Origin: Candidatus Poribacteria bacterium
Lineage (GTDB): Bacteria > Poribacteria > WGA-4E > WGA-3G
Length of the DNA stretch: 64,000 bases
NCBI GenBank assembly: GCA_965205015.1
Contig: OZ242029.1
Span: 4,928,001 to 4,992,000, forward strand
Direction of reading: 5' to 3'
Shown: positions 49,681 through 59,599 of the stretch, in pieces
How the letters are laid out: the number at the start of each line of letters is the position of its first letter
How positions within the stretch are numbered: the stretch's first letter is position 1
Program-made: the position numbers and the translations under genes
Notes under the pieces: model-generated
Seen by the model: only the letters and a program-made list of their open reading frames with translations
Databases searched by the model: none
Told to the model about the DNA's origin: nothing

Positions 49681-50001
49681 ATGTCACAATTTGTAAAAGC
49701 CGCAACAACCGATCAGATTCAGCCGGGTAAATGTATTGGCGTGAAAGTCGAAGGCGTTTTCATCGGCATCTACAATGTGAAGGGTGAGTATTACGCCATG
49801 AACAACATCTGTCCACATCTCGGCGGGGTTTTGAGTTACGGCTTTTTAGATAACAACTGTGTTACGTGTCCACTTCACATGTGGGAATTTGATGTGACGA
49901 CAGGCGAATGTGTGTGGCCCGGTGAGGAAAAACTACCCACCTACCCTGTTAAAGTGGAGGGTGAAGATATCCTTGTGAATGTGGAAACACCACTCTTGTA
50001 G
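49681..50001 (+). CDS. Rieske [2Fe-2S] ferredoxin
   Basis: 'CPHLG...CPLH' ligands. Confidence 0.92.
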   Translation: MSQFVKAATTDQIQPGKCIGVKVEGVFIGIYNVKGEYYAMNNICPHLGGVLSYGFLDNNCVTCPLHMWEFDVTTGECVWPGEEKLPTYPVKVEGEDILVNVETPLL

Positions 50002-50079
50002 GGGCGAGGTTACCTCGCCTCTACTTGGTAGAACGGCGCGGTCGTTCGATCGCGCCTGTCGAAAAGAAGGAGAAAAATT

Positions 50080-51027
50080 ATGGCATATCTGCTCACCGGT
50101 GGCATGGGGTGCATCGGTACTTACGTCATCCGCGACCTATTGACCGCCGGTGAAAAGGTAGTCGTTTACGATTTTGCTTACGACCTGACGATCCCCAAAA
50201 TGGTCCTCACGGATGAACAACTTGAAGGGTTCACCTTTGTGCAGGGCGACATCACCGACTTGCCACACGTTTTGCGCACTATTCAAGAACATGAGATTGA
50301 TCGGGTCATCCATCTCGCCTCGTGGCAGGTACCGGCGTGCAACGCGAATCCACCAGAAGCGTTAAAGGTGGTTTGCGAAGGCACGATCAACATATTGGAA
50401 GCAGCGCGCATTTTCAAGCTCAAACGGGTTGTATGGGCAAGCAGTGTCGCAGTCTTCGGCGCACCCGAGGATTACAACCACGAACAGATTCTCAATGATG
50501 CCCCCCATTACCCGAAATTCATCTACGGAGCGTGCAAATCCCTCAACGAAAGATATGCGATGCACTATTTCGATGCCTACGGTGTCGATTCGATTGGGCT
50601 CCGGTTTACTGCTGTCTATGGGGTCGGTAGAACCCGTGGCATGAGTTCATTCACAACGCAAATGATCGAAGCAGTGGCGTTAGGCAAACCACACGTCTGT
50701 CCGTTCGGTGATGATGCTGTGGATTGGCAGTATGTAGAGGATGTCTCCCGTTCGATCGTGGTCGCTTGCACCTGCCCAACAACGCAGACCCGCGTCTTCA
50801 ATGTGAAGGGCGGTATCCGACCGGTCAAAGACGGCGTGGCGTACCTCAAGACGTTGGTGCCAGATGCACAGATTACGTTGGAGCCAGGGGTATTTGGAAT
50901 CTCGTGGGATTACGACGCGACACCTATCGCTGAGGAGATGGGATTTACGCCTGACTACACGATGGAAGAAGGGATTTTGAAAACGTTTAATCGTTTCCGG
51001 GAGCGTGCGGGGTTGGCGCTGATATAA
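50080..51027 (+). CDS. NAD-dependent epimerase/dehydratase
   Basis: 'LLTGGMGCIG', 'ASSVAVFG', 'YGACK'. Confidence 0.9.
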   Translation: MAYLLTGGMGCIGTYVIRDLLTAGEKVVVYDFAYDLTIPKMVLTDEQLEGFTFVQGDITDLPHVLRTIQEHEIDRVIHLASWQVPACNANPPEALKVVCEGTINILEAARIFKLKRVVWASSVAVFGAPEDYNHEQILNDAPHYPKFIYGACKSLNERYAMHYFDAYGVDSIGLRFTAVYGVGRTRGMSSFTTQMIEAVALGKPHVCPFGDDAVDWQYVEDVSRSIVVACTCPTTQTRVFNVKGGIRPVKDGVAYLKTLVPDAQITLEPGVFGISWDYDATPIAEEMGFTPDYTMEEGILKTFNRFRERAGLALI

Positions 51028-51200
51028 CTGCTACAGGGTCAAAAACGTTCATTCTATTATAGAAAAGATTATGTAAGGCGCAATGAATTACGCTTCTACG
51101 AACCGGGGTCCCACCCGTTCCTGGAAAGGGACACCGCTTTATCGTCTGTCTGTGTAGGTCGTAAAAAATGAAAGAATGATGATGTTGTTCAATCCTTAGC

Positions 51201-51890
51201 CTAATAGTACTTTTTCATCTGTGCCCAAGTGACGGCTAACTTCCCGCGGGCATCAACAGATAGCACCCGTTCCCACGGGATATTCTTTCCTCTGGAATCG
51301 GCTTGATGTATATCATCAAAGTTTGGATGTCCCCATCCACCGCTATTGTTATCCACAACAACAATTTGGGCGGTCTTGCCTTGAAATTCGGAGACATCCC
51401 ACTCTGCCCGCGCCATCGTTTCGGTGTTGTTCCCCGTCGATGTCCGCACGACTTTCCCTTTAATCTCAAGGTTAACACTACACGGCGCGGGGTCATCCTT
51501 CCAGGGGTGATTGCCGCCCCCGATGAGGAAGTTCATCGTTTTTCCGATAATCGTGAACTCGATTGAGGTGAGGGTGCCTTGCGGTCCATCGCCCTGCGTG
51601 GCACCTGGATTCTGTCCGAGTTTTTTCCCTTTATCTGGACCTTGGTACTTTTCGTATAAACCTAACCACCAATCGCCTTGATGTTCAGAGGGCTGACCGC
51701 GGTTTCGGGCCGTTGGGTTATCTCCCCAGGTAGGTTGGAAATCGAAGGCAACGTCGTCTTTCTCCCAATCCGTGAGGTCGCCCGTCTCGAAGTCATTGTT
51801 AAACGCCCGTGCCGAGGCGATGTTAAGAGGCAGAACCAAGAGTATTAGGAGGACGGAGGGAATCATGAGCGGGAATACCATTTTTTTCAT
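51201..51890 (-). CDS. Secreted carbohydrate-binding-like protein with C-terminal KLAxTW motif
   Basis: Signal peptide, 'DFETGDLTDW', 'GTLTSIEFTI...NFLIGGG', 'GGWGH'; ends 'LSVDARGKLAVTWAQMKKYY'. Confidence 0.75.
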   Translation of the reverse strand: MKKMVFPLMIPSVLLILLVLPLNIASARAFNNDFETGDLTDWEKDDVAFDFQPTWGDNPTARNRGQPSEHQGDWWLGLYEKYQGPDKGKKLGQNPGATQGDGPQGTLTSIEFTIIGKTMNFLIGGGNHPWKDDPAPCSVNLEIKGKVVRTSTGNNTETMARAEWDVSEFQGKTAQIVVVDNNSGGWGHPNFDDIHQADSRGKNIPWERVLSVDARGKLAVTWAQMKKYY

Positions 51891-52050
51891 GAGATGCGTC
51901 TCCTTCTGTTTGTGAAAAGTTGTATGCTTCAGGTCATTTAGACAGGAACTTGTGAACACACGTCTGAAAGTTGAACAACATCATCACTTTTCATTATACA
52001 CTATTATGGAAATAATGTTAAGAAAAATTGTGAATTCCGGCAGGGAATGA

Positions 52051-52626
52051 CTATAACAGGTCAACAATTTGTCTTGCGAACATCAAGCCGATGACGCAGA
52101 TAATCGCTGTCAATGTCCGCTTTTCGCTTTTGAGGGCGCGTGTCCAAGAAAAATCGTGGGGAGAGGGTTCGGGATAAGAATGGAACTGGGGAACAAAGCG
52201 TGGCACACGCGTCCGGTATGCCTGATAGACGGGACCGCAGGATTCCAGCAAATACGCTTCCTCTATTGCGATAATCGGGAGGTATTGGAGGAGATAACCG
52301 ATAATAAGAACGGCGACAAGCCAATAGACGTTCGCGACCAGGCAGACACCGAGGCTGAGTAGGAAATTACCGAGATAAAGGGGGTTACGGACATATCCAT
52401 AGGGACCGGTTGTGACAAGGTCGCGGGCGGCACCAAGGGTTCTGGCACGGGTAGATGCGCCGGCATATCCAACCGCCCATATCCTGAGAACCTCGCCCGT
52501 CGCAATGAACACTGCACCAATGCTTACGGTGTACCACACAGGTTCAGCAAAATAAAGGAGCACAAGGATGAATGGGATAGGTGTGAAACTCCGGATTTTG
52601 AAGAAGAGGTTGCCGATTTTTTTAAT
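52051..52626 (-). CDS. Isoprenylcysteine carboxyl methyltransferase / PEMT family membrane protein (start uncertain)
   Basis: 'LVTTGPYGYVRNPLYLGN', 'EEAYL', 'VPRF'. The frame stays open upstream of the GTG at 52563. Confidence 0.8.
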   Translation of the reverse strand: MKKIGNLFFKIRSFTPIPFILVLLYFAEPVWYTVSIGAVFIATGEVLRIWAVGYAGASTRARTLGAARDLVTTGPYGYVRNPLYLGNFLLSLGVCLVANVYWLVAVLIIGYLLQYLPIIAIEEAYLLESCGPVYQAYRTRVPRFVPQFHSYPEPSPHDFSWTRALKSEKRTLTAIICVIGLMFARQIVDLL

Positions 52627-52702
52627 TTTTCTTGCGGTTCGGTGAAGTCGGTGTGAACTTTTGTATGCCTCTCCGTATATCCGCCCTCCACGTTCCTACA
52701 TC

Positions 52703-53764
52703 TTACTTCGGTGTACGCCAGATCATGATACCCCCAACGGCAGCGTACATGAAGTTCGCGCCCCAACAGGCGAGAAAAGGATGAAGTTTGCCATTTTCAC
52801 TCAATCCCTCAAGTACTGCAAAGGAGAGTGCCCAATAGATAAAAGAGAGGAAGAAAGCGAGTACCAAACCCGCAAAGAAACCAGCCCTACCGAACCGGAT
52901 AGCGATAGGTGCGCCAAGCATAATAACAACGACAGCTGCGAATGGGTACGCCGTTTTGTGATACAATTTTACCTGTTCTTTGCGCGAAATCTGTCCTGCT
53001 TCCTGTTTATAGGTGATCTGTTGGCGGAGTTCTTCGATTGTCATGGCCCTCGGATCCTTTTCACTCCCGATAAAACGGGCGGGATCCTCGTGCCGCTCTA
53101 TCGCATGCGTATCAAAAGCTTCATAACCGACCTCGACGCCCCTTTCAAAGTGGCGAATGTATCCATCCGTTAATTGCCAGTGGGTAGGTGTCCACACCGC
53201 TGTCTTCGCGAACGTTACGCGAGCGAGTTTCCCATCTGTATCATATTCATAGATAGTGAGTTGTTGGATTCTACGCGCGTCCAAAGCAATCCGCTGTGAG
53301 TAAAAGATACGGTCGCCTTTGCCTTTGAAGACGATGTTCCTGCCCCGACGCGGTCTAACGTTATTTTGTAAGAGATGCGCTTCATGAAAAGCAGGCGACG
53401 CAACCCGGTTATAAAAAATAGCGAAGAGTCCACAAATAACGAGCGTTACCATCAAAACAGGCGCGAGGAGCCGGTAAACACTCAGACCGCCCGCCTTCAT
53501 CGCGGTGAACTCGTTGCTCTGGACCATCCGACCCAGCACAAAAAAGATGGCGACAAATGCAGCAACGGGCACTACCTCCATAATCCGACGCGGCGCTTGG
53601 AAGAGAACAATTTTAACAGCCGTCATATAAGCGACATCATCATCAAACTTCTTGATGTCCTTATCCAGCAAACGCACGATAATAATCAGTGCGATAAAGA
53701 ACAAAAGCCCGACAAAAAAGGCTTTCAGGTATTCGCGAAGCAGGTATCGATCTAAAATATTCAA
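52703..53764 (-). CDS. lptG: LPS export permease LptG
   Basis: 'ILDRYLLREYL', 'NEFTAMKAGGLS'; downstream of the lptF paralog. Confidence 0.8.
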   Translation of the reverse strand: MNILDRYLLREYLKAFFVGLLFFIALIIIVRLLDKDIKKFDDDVAYMTAVKIVLFQAPRRIMEVVPVAAFVAIFFVLGRMVQSNEFTAMKAGGLSVYRLLAPVLMVTLVICGLFAIFYNRVASPAFHEAHLLQNNVRPRRGRNIVFKGKGDRIFYSQRIALDARRIQQLTIYEYDTDGKLARVTFAKTAVWTPTHWQLTDGYIRHFERGVEVGYEAFDTHAIERHEDPARFIGSEKDPRAMTIEELRQQITYKQEAGQISRKEQVKLYHKTAYPFAAVVVIMLGAPIAIRFGRAGFFAGLVLAFFLSFIYWALSFAVLEGLSENGKLHPFLACWGANFMYAAVGGIMIWRTPK

Positions 53765-53907
53765 TTTTTAATTATACCTTGCGGAATAAGGACATGGAAC
53801 TGGCAATCAAGTGCCTTTCTTAAATCCGTTCTCCACTACGTTACGGACTACAGACTTAGGATTTTGAGAAGAATTACAGGTACTGGCTGCTGACAGCCTC
53901 CCTTCGG

Positions 53908-55107
53908 TTATGATTCGACTTTCCTATTGACGACAAGCGTCAGCGTGTCGCGGGCGCGCCACGTCAGCAAGATCCCCTCGCCGATCATACGAATACTGAG
54001 AAAAACGCCCAACACGCCAATTGCTATATTGGGAAGCCACATGGCAAGGGCAGGAGATATCATGCCGTTCAAACCTGCACTTTGACCGATCTGAAGCAGT
54101 AAGTAGTAAACCAAGATGACAGTTAATCCAATACCAAACCCAATCATCTTACCGCCCTGTTTTACCATCAATCCAAGGGGCACGCCCATCAATCCGAACG
54201 CCAGACATGCGAAAGGGATAGAAAACTTTTTGTGGTACTCAACCTCCGCGACACGGAGTTTATTCCGGGTATAGTCAGGATTCTGACTGGTTTGGACGGC
54301 GGCTTCCAAAGTATTGATGAATGCCTTGAGTTGGACGATAGTCATGGACCGGGGTGTTTGGTTCCGTAAAGCCCCACGCTCCAGATCCTCGGTCAACTGC
54401 AGTGCGAGTTGTTGCTGCCGGAACTTTGTTATACGATATCCATCCGAATTATCGGTTGTCGGTTCGTATGTAAGTCCATCGTAAAGCGTGAGCACGGCTC
54501 TGCCATTTTCAAAACCGAGGGTCCCTTCTTGCGCGTGACTGAAACGAGGCCGTCCTGTCCAGATCCCATCCCATATTTTGACATCCTGCATGCGTCCACT
54601 CTTGGCATCCGTGGATTCGTACATCCAGAGTTTGCCTTCTCTCTCCAACTCCTTCATAACGGTGGCTTCTTCCAAAACGAACGTCGGATTGTGTCTTTGG
54701 ATGTCGCGTTTGAGTGTCGCGTAAGCGAGATTTGCCCTTGGTAGCGCGTAGTCCATTAATCCGAGATTAACGATGCTTAGGACCACTGCCATGCCTAAAA
54801 GCGGGAGCATCAGGTGATGGAAAGCGAGCCCGTGTGCCTTCATGGCGATGATTTCATTATCGGTAGAGAGTCTTCCAAGAGAAAGTAAAATTGCGACCAA
54901 AGCCGCCATCGGAAGAGATAACACAACCGAAGCGGGCATCACATAGATAAGCAACTCAACCAGATAAATCGGACTTATCCCCTTCTGCACAAAAAGTTTC
55001 GTCAACCGAAACAGGTCATCGAAGATGAGGATAAAGGTAAAACAGATAAGTGCTATTATGAAGGGTGGAAGAAATTCTTTAAGTATATACCGCGCTAATA
55101 TTCTCAT
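53908..55107 (-). CDS. lptF: LPS export permease LptF
   Basis: 'ILARYILKEFL', 'GRLSTDNEIIAMKA', 'HKKFSIPFACL', 'AMWLPN'. Confidence 0.82.
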   Translation of the reverse strand: MRILARYILKEFLPPFIIALICFTFILIFDDLFRLTKLFVQKGISPIYLVELLIYVMPASVVLSLPMAALVAILLSLGRLSTDNEIIAMKAHGLAFHHLMLPLLGMAVVLSIVNLGLMDYALPRANLAYATLKRDIQRHNPTFVLEEATVMKELEREGKLWMYESTDAKSGRMQDVKIWDGIWTGRPRFSHAQEGTLGFENGRAVLTLYDGLTYEPTTDNSDGYRITKFRQQQLALQLTEDLERGALRNQTPRSMTIVQLKAFINTLEAAVQTSQNPDYTRNKLRVAEVEYHKKFSIPFACLAFGLMGVPLGLMVKQGGKMIGFGIGLTVILVYYLLLQIGQSAGLNGMISPALAMWLPNIAIGVLGVFLSIRMIGEGILLTWRARDTLTLVVNRKVES

Positions 55108-55397
55108 TTTTTAATTATTCGCAAGACGTTAAAATAAGGGGGTCTGTTTATGAGTCGTTTTCCTTTATATCCGCCCGCGTGTTTTTGCCAACGCTGAAAT
55201 CCAATGCGAAGAAAGTCTTTGCTTGGGTATTTCTGCGTATTGTTGCAGGCTGCCGTCTTAAGATAATTTTCGTAACCGTAGCTTCCCGTAAGCGAAGTGG
55301 AGCACTGATACAGTTCTCCTCTGTTTGTTGATTTGTGCCGGAAAAACCTTCATAATTTAATTTGAAATTTTGGTATGAAAGATGTTATCATACCCAC

Positions 55398-55877
55398 ATG
55401 GAACTTACGCTTGAATCCATTCAACTCACAACTGATGACTTGGCGGACGTAGCCGCACGTCATACTTCTGCCCAAGAAATCTACTCTCCAACAGCCCCGA
55501 GGCGTCCGACTGCCCAATTCGGTTGGCGGGACAGATGGTGGTTAAACCAGACGGCAGCACAGCAAGTTGTCATCAATTACTGGTTTTTCGAGTCCCCCGA
55601 TGAAGCCCGCGCAGCCGCTGATGAAGGCAGATTTCGGCTTTCAGCACAAACCGTACCGAAATTAGGTGGACGCGATTCCATCTATCAACCGCCCCCAAAC
55701 GACAAACATGGACTGGGGGATGTGGTGTGGCAGGCTGGCGCGAATTTTCTGTTCGTCCAACGGACGATCGTCGTGCTGGTTGCTGAAATAGGAGGGCAGG
55801 TTCCCGAGGAAACAACCCTCCATATCGCGAAAAAAATTTCCAAGAAAATTCAGGACGCGCTGCCGTCAAAACAGTAA
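55398..55877 (+). CDS. Hypothetical protein
   Basis: 159-aa ORF with protein-like composition in the gap between lptF and lacD. Confidence 0.55.
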   Translation: MELTLESIQLTTDDLADVAARHTSAQEIYSPTAPRRPTAQFGWRDRWWLNQTAAQQVVINYWFFESPDEARAAADEGRFRLSAQTVPKLGGRDSIYQPPPNDKHGLGDVVWQAGANFLFVQRTIVVLVAEIGGQVPEETTLHIAKKISKKIQDALPSKQ

Positions 55878-56063
55878 CGTGTTAAAAGCGTGTCAAGCCC
55901 AAAACACCAAAAACCAAGCCCGAAACGTAGTGGAGGTGTTTTTGCTTGGGGTGTTTTTGCTTGGGTATTTCTGCGTATTGATAGGGTGTTTCTGCGTATT
56001 TCTTCAACTCGAACACGAAAAACATTAAGATACAGGTTCCCGTTCCCTATCCGCAAGGTAAAA

Positions 56064-57128
56064 TTAATACTCTTGATACCACGTTGCGGATTGCTTGGCA
56101 ATCTGAACGTTTTTCACACCCCCAAATTGGCGATGCTCAAACCACGGTAAGGCGTTCTCCGCTGCAGCGTTTGCGTTCTTGAAGTTCGTTGTTGCCTCGT
56201 TCTCCAAAAACTGCTGAACTGCTCCCGTATCAGGATAGTATTGGACAGCATCTTTCCAGATAGCTCTGCCGCAAAGGAAACCACTTGCCCCGGCACCGGT
56301 CGCCAGGTCAACGTTTTCAATGAATTCCTCAATATCCACACCGGCACTCAAAATTACCCACGGGAGTGTCGAGGTTTCATCTAACTTCTGGCAGATGTCC
56401 TTCACTTCAGCGAGTTCATACGCAGCGTCGCCTGCATAAAAACTGGTATCTTTATAATCCGTTGTGTATTTCAGATCAGCAGGAAATTCTAACTTCAGAA
56501 TGTCAACTTTGTAACTGGGATCCGTGAACTCCTCAACACTCCGAATCACAAGGTCGGGTTTCTGTTTCGCGAAGGCGACACTCTTCGTCGTCCCCTCAAG
56601 TGCATAACTGACTAATTCCAACAAAAATGGTAAATCCTGCTTTTCGCATTCGTCCCCGACATGACGCACAAAGGCTTGTTGGTGTTCAAGGGTTTCAGCG
56701 GAGGCATCAGGGTGGTAATAGGCGAGGAGTTTAATGGCATCTGCCCCGGCACGCTGTGCCTTGGCGATGCTCCAGTTTGCAATCGGATTGGAGAGCCGTT
56801 CGTTTTCAGCCACACCTTCACTGACATACCCCGATTCTTCATAGGCTAAGAGCAATGCGACATCCCGTGGAATCTCGGTGATAGAGTAGGGATGCCCGTA
56901 AATTGGGTCGGTCAGAACGGCGGTTGCATTTGGGGAAAGGATTCGAGTAATCAAAGTCTTCAGGGCTGCGACATCATCGTATTGGACATCAGCATTGTCC
57001 TTGTTGAGCGTATCTGCAAGTGCCTGTACCATGGAACCGCGCTGGTCAATCGCCATCATTTTAAAGCGACCCTTTGCATCGGCGAGTTTCATGATCCCCC
57101 GCAATTTACCAGAGGAAATATCGTTCAT
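56064..57128 (-). CDS. lacD: Tagatose 1,6-bisphosphate aldolase (class I)
   Basis: 'MAIDQRGS', 'LLAYEESGY', 'DILKLEFP', 'WVILSAGV', 'GASGFLCGRAIW'. Confidence 0.9.
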   Translation of the reverse strand: MNDISSGKLRGIMKLADAKGRFKMMAIDQRGSMVQALADTLNKDNADVQYDDVAALKTLITRILSPNATAVLTDPIYGHPYSITEIPRDVALLLAYEESGYVSEGVAENERLSNPIANWSIAKAQRAGADAIKLLAYYHPDASAETLEHQQAFVRHVGDECEKQDLPFLLELVSYALEGTTKSVAFAKQKPDLVIRSVEEFTDPSYKVDILKLEFPADLKYTTDYKDTSFYAGDAAYELAEVKDICQKLDETSTLPWVILSAGVDIEEFIENVDLATGAGASGFLCGRAIWKDAVQYYPDTGAVQQFLENEATTNFKNANAAAENALPWFEHRQFGGVKNVQIAKQSATWYQEY

Positions 57129-57145
57129 TTAGTTCTCCTTTTTTG

Positions 57146-57250
57146 CTGGTTATCGGTTATCAGCCTTCAGGGGTCAGTTTTAAGAGGTTTTCGTTTAACA
57201 AAGGTTTCCTCCCGTTGCTGACTGCTGACTGCCGACCACTGAAGGCTATT
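57146..57250. repeat. Intergenic 7-bp tandem repeats with inverted halves
   Basis: GGTTATC/AGCCTTC/GGGGTCA ... GCTGACT x2, GCCGACC, ACTGAAG; same style as 6376-6534. Confidence 0.55.
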
Positions 57251-58314
57251 TAGTATTCACGTTCAACGAAAAAACGGATTAAAGAGAGAAACAACTGCTT
57301 TGCCCGTCTATCAGGGAGATGGGTAAAATTGTTCTGAAACCGTCCAGCGGCTTCCTGTAAGAGCGCCTGAGATCGCTGTTGGGCATAGGTAATCGACTTA
57401 TATTTTTGCATTAATCGGAGGACGCTCTCGACCTCTGCCTCGGTTTTCTCATCACGGGGACGTGCCATGATGTCAATTACATGCCGAGCTTCAGCCGAAC
57501 TGCAAGCATTGATCAGATGAATAAGCACGAGGGTCCGTTTGCCTTCACTAATATCTCCGGCAATCTCTTTTCCATACCTGCCGACGTCCCCGATCAGGTT
57601 AAGGACATCGTCCTGAATTTGAAAGGCGATTCCGAGTTCTTTGCCGAGTTCTACGAGTCCATCTATTTCTGTTTCGCTTGCGCCCCCGATGATTGCCCCC
57701 ACCCGACAGGGTGTGATACAGGTATACCATGCGGTTTTCTGTATGCACATCGTTAAGTAGTCATCTTCATCGAGGTCCCAGCGGTTATCGTTCACCCAAC
57801 TCAATTCGATGTGCTGTCCCTCAACGACTTGGTTGCTGAGTTGTATGAATTCAGATAAAATTCGGAAGGCGAGTTGATGTCCGAGAATCTCCGTGTTTCG
57901 GTGGAGCATCTCCCACATCTTGCAGTGGAGAGCGTCCCCAACGTTGATAGCCATTGGGATCCCGTGTTTTTGATGGAGACACGGCTCGCCTCTGCGGAGT
58001 TCGGAGCCATCTTCAATATCATCGTGAATCAGGAGCCAATTCTGGAGGAGTTCAAGAGAAGCAGCCGTGTTAACGGCGCGCTGTGTATCTCCGCCGAACG
58101 CCTCACACATGAGCATGCAGAGTGCCGGACGTAACCCCTTGGCGGCGCGGCGCGGGTAGTCTAACATCATCTGGTACAACTGATGGACATCCGGGTGCTT
58201 GTGGGTAGTCGGGAGAAAATCAAAAATACAGGCATCAACCTTACTTTTGACATCGCTGAGGTATGTTGTGACAAGATGCTTTGTGGGTGAGGATTCCTGT
58301 CCAGTTTTCTGCAT
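57250..58314 (-). CDS. Polyprenyl diphosphate synthase (GGPP synthase-like)
   Basis: 'LLIHDDIED...RRG', 'AINVGD', 'GQ', 'KT', 'FQIQDDVL', 'DISEGKRT'. Confidence 0.92.
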   Translation of the reverse strand: MQKTGQESSPTKHLVTTYLSDVKSKVDACIFDFLPTTHKHPDVHQLYQMMLDYPRRAAKGLRPALCMLMCEAFGGDTQRAVNTAASLELLQNWLLIHDDIEDGSELRRGEPCLHQKHGIPMAINVGDALHCKMWEMLHRNTEILGHQLAFRILSEFIQLSNQVVEGQHIELSWVNDNRWDLDEDDYLTMCIQKTAWYTCITPCRVGAIIGGASETEIDGLVELGKELGIAFQIQDDVLNLIGDVGRYGKEIAGDISEGKRTLVLIHLINACSSAEARHVIDIMARPRDEKTEAEVESVLRLMQKYKSITYAQQRSQALLQEAAGRFQNNFTHLPDRRAKQLFLSLIRFFVEREY

Positions 58315-58529
58315 CGGTTTCCTTATGTTTTTCGCCGTCTTTTTATTTCACTCAGCCCTCCCATGATTTCGTCGGGTCCCTGAGCACGAACATCAACATT
58401 TATCAAGCGTTGGTTCGCAAGTTTTGCTTTAAAATTATAACACATTGAGGCGTGAAAATCAAATTTTTGTTGGACAGGAAATGTAGAATATTTCAACAGA
58501 AGTTGAAATCCGCCACCACCTATCACGCG

Positions 58530-58766
58530 CTACAATTCATCCAAATCGAGTGCGATGAACCGGTATCCCAAGGGTTTTATCCGATCAACCAGAGTTTCTC
58601 GCAATTGGAGGGCACGCGTAAATTGTGACTCCGAGACCTGTATCCGCAGAACTGGGGTATTGTCGAAAAGCGAGACGTTTTCAAGCGCAAATTCGCTCAG
58701 GATCTGCTTGACCTCTACCAATGCTGCGCGACTTTCGGCTTGCACCGTGTTGGAATCTTTTGACAT
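58530..58766 (-). CDS. Small protein resembling the isolated C-terminal domain of LarE
   Basis: 'LRIQV...RETLVDRIKPLGYRFIALDL'; ATG starts 1 nt after the upstream SDR stop. Confidence 0.55.
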   Translation of the reverse strand: MSKDSNTVQAESRAALVEVKQILSEFALENVSLFDNTPVLRIQVSESQFTRALQLRETLVDRIKPLGYRFIALDLDEL

Positions 58767-58767
58767 T

Positions 58768-59574
58768 TTAGGACTGTCGCCTCCAGTCGCTACCCGCCAT
58801 AAATCCCCCATCAACGAAGACCATTTGTCCCGTAACAAAGTCAGAGGCATTCGAGGCGAAGAAAATTGTTAAGCCCGCAAGGTCCTCAGGTTCCCCCCAT
58901 CGCTCTGCAGGGGTGCGATTGAGAATCCACCGGTTTCGGTTGTCCTCGCGTGCGGGGGCGGTCATCTCGGTTCGGATGAAGCCGGGGGCAATGCCGTTGA
59001 CCTGAATGTTGTGCTCCGCCCATTCTACGGCGAGCAGCTTCGTTAATTGGAGGAGTCCCCCTTTCGCCGCGGTATAGGCGACACTCGTAGGGAGTCCAAT
59101 CGCTGAGGTGAGGGATAATGTGTTGATGACCTTACCTGCTTTCTGTCGCTGCATGACGTTGCCACAGGCTTTTGCGAGGAAAAACGCGCCCTTCAGATTA
59201 ATATCCGTAACGAAGTCCCAATCCGCCTCGGTAAATTCCAAGGCAGGGTTGCGTATATTGACCCCAGCATTATTGACGAGGACATCAAGTCGTCCCAGAG
59301 TCTCCACAGTTTGCGCGACGAGCGCGTCAATTTCTGTAAGATTGCTGACATCCGCCTGAATAGGGAGAACGTTTCTGCCGGTTTCATTGGCAATCCGTTC
59401 AGCGACGGGGGTTAGTGTATCTATCTCTCTACCCACAACGACGATATCTGAACCTGCCCCTGCAAGCCCTTCTGCCATTGCAAGTCCAATGCCGCGACTC
59501 GCTCCAGTGACGAGACTTACTTTACCCTCTAACCGAAATTGTTCAACGATCCCCGTAGCAGATTTTTGATTCAT
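58768..59574 (-). CDS. SDR oxidoreductase (gluconate 5-dehydrogenase / KduD-like)
   Basis: 'VTGASRGIG', 'NNAG', 'YTAAKGG', 'VNGIAPGF', 'RWGEPEDL'. Confidence 0.9.
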   Translation of the reverse strand: MNQKSATGIVEQFRLEGKVSLVTGASRGIGLAMAEGLAGAGSDIVVVGREIDTLTPVAERIANETGRNVLPIQADVSNLTEIDALVAQTVETLGRLDVLVNNAGVNIRNPALEFTEADWDFVTDINLKGAFFLAKACGNVMQRQKAGKVINTLSLTSAIGLPTSVAYTAAKGGLLQLTKLLAVEWAEHNIQVNGIAPGFIRTEMTAPAREDNRNRWILNRTPAERWGEPEDLAGLTIFFASNASDFVTGQMVFVDGGFMAGSDWRRQS

Positions 59575-59599
59575 GTTTTACTCCAATTCCAACCTGTAA

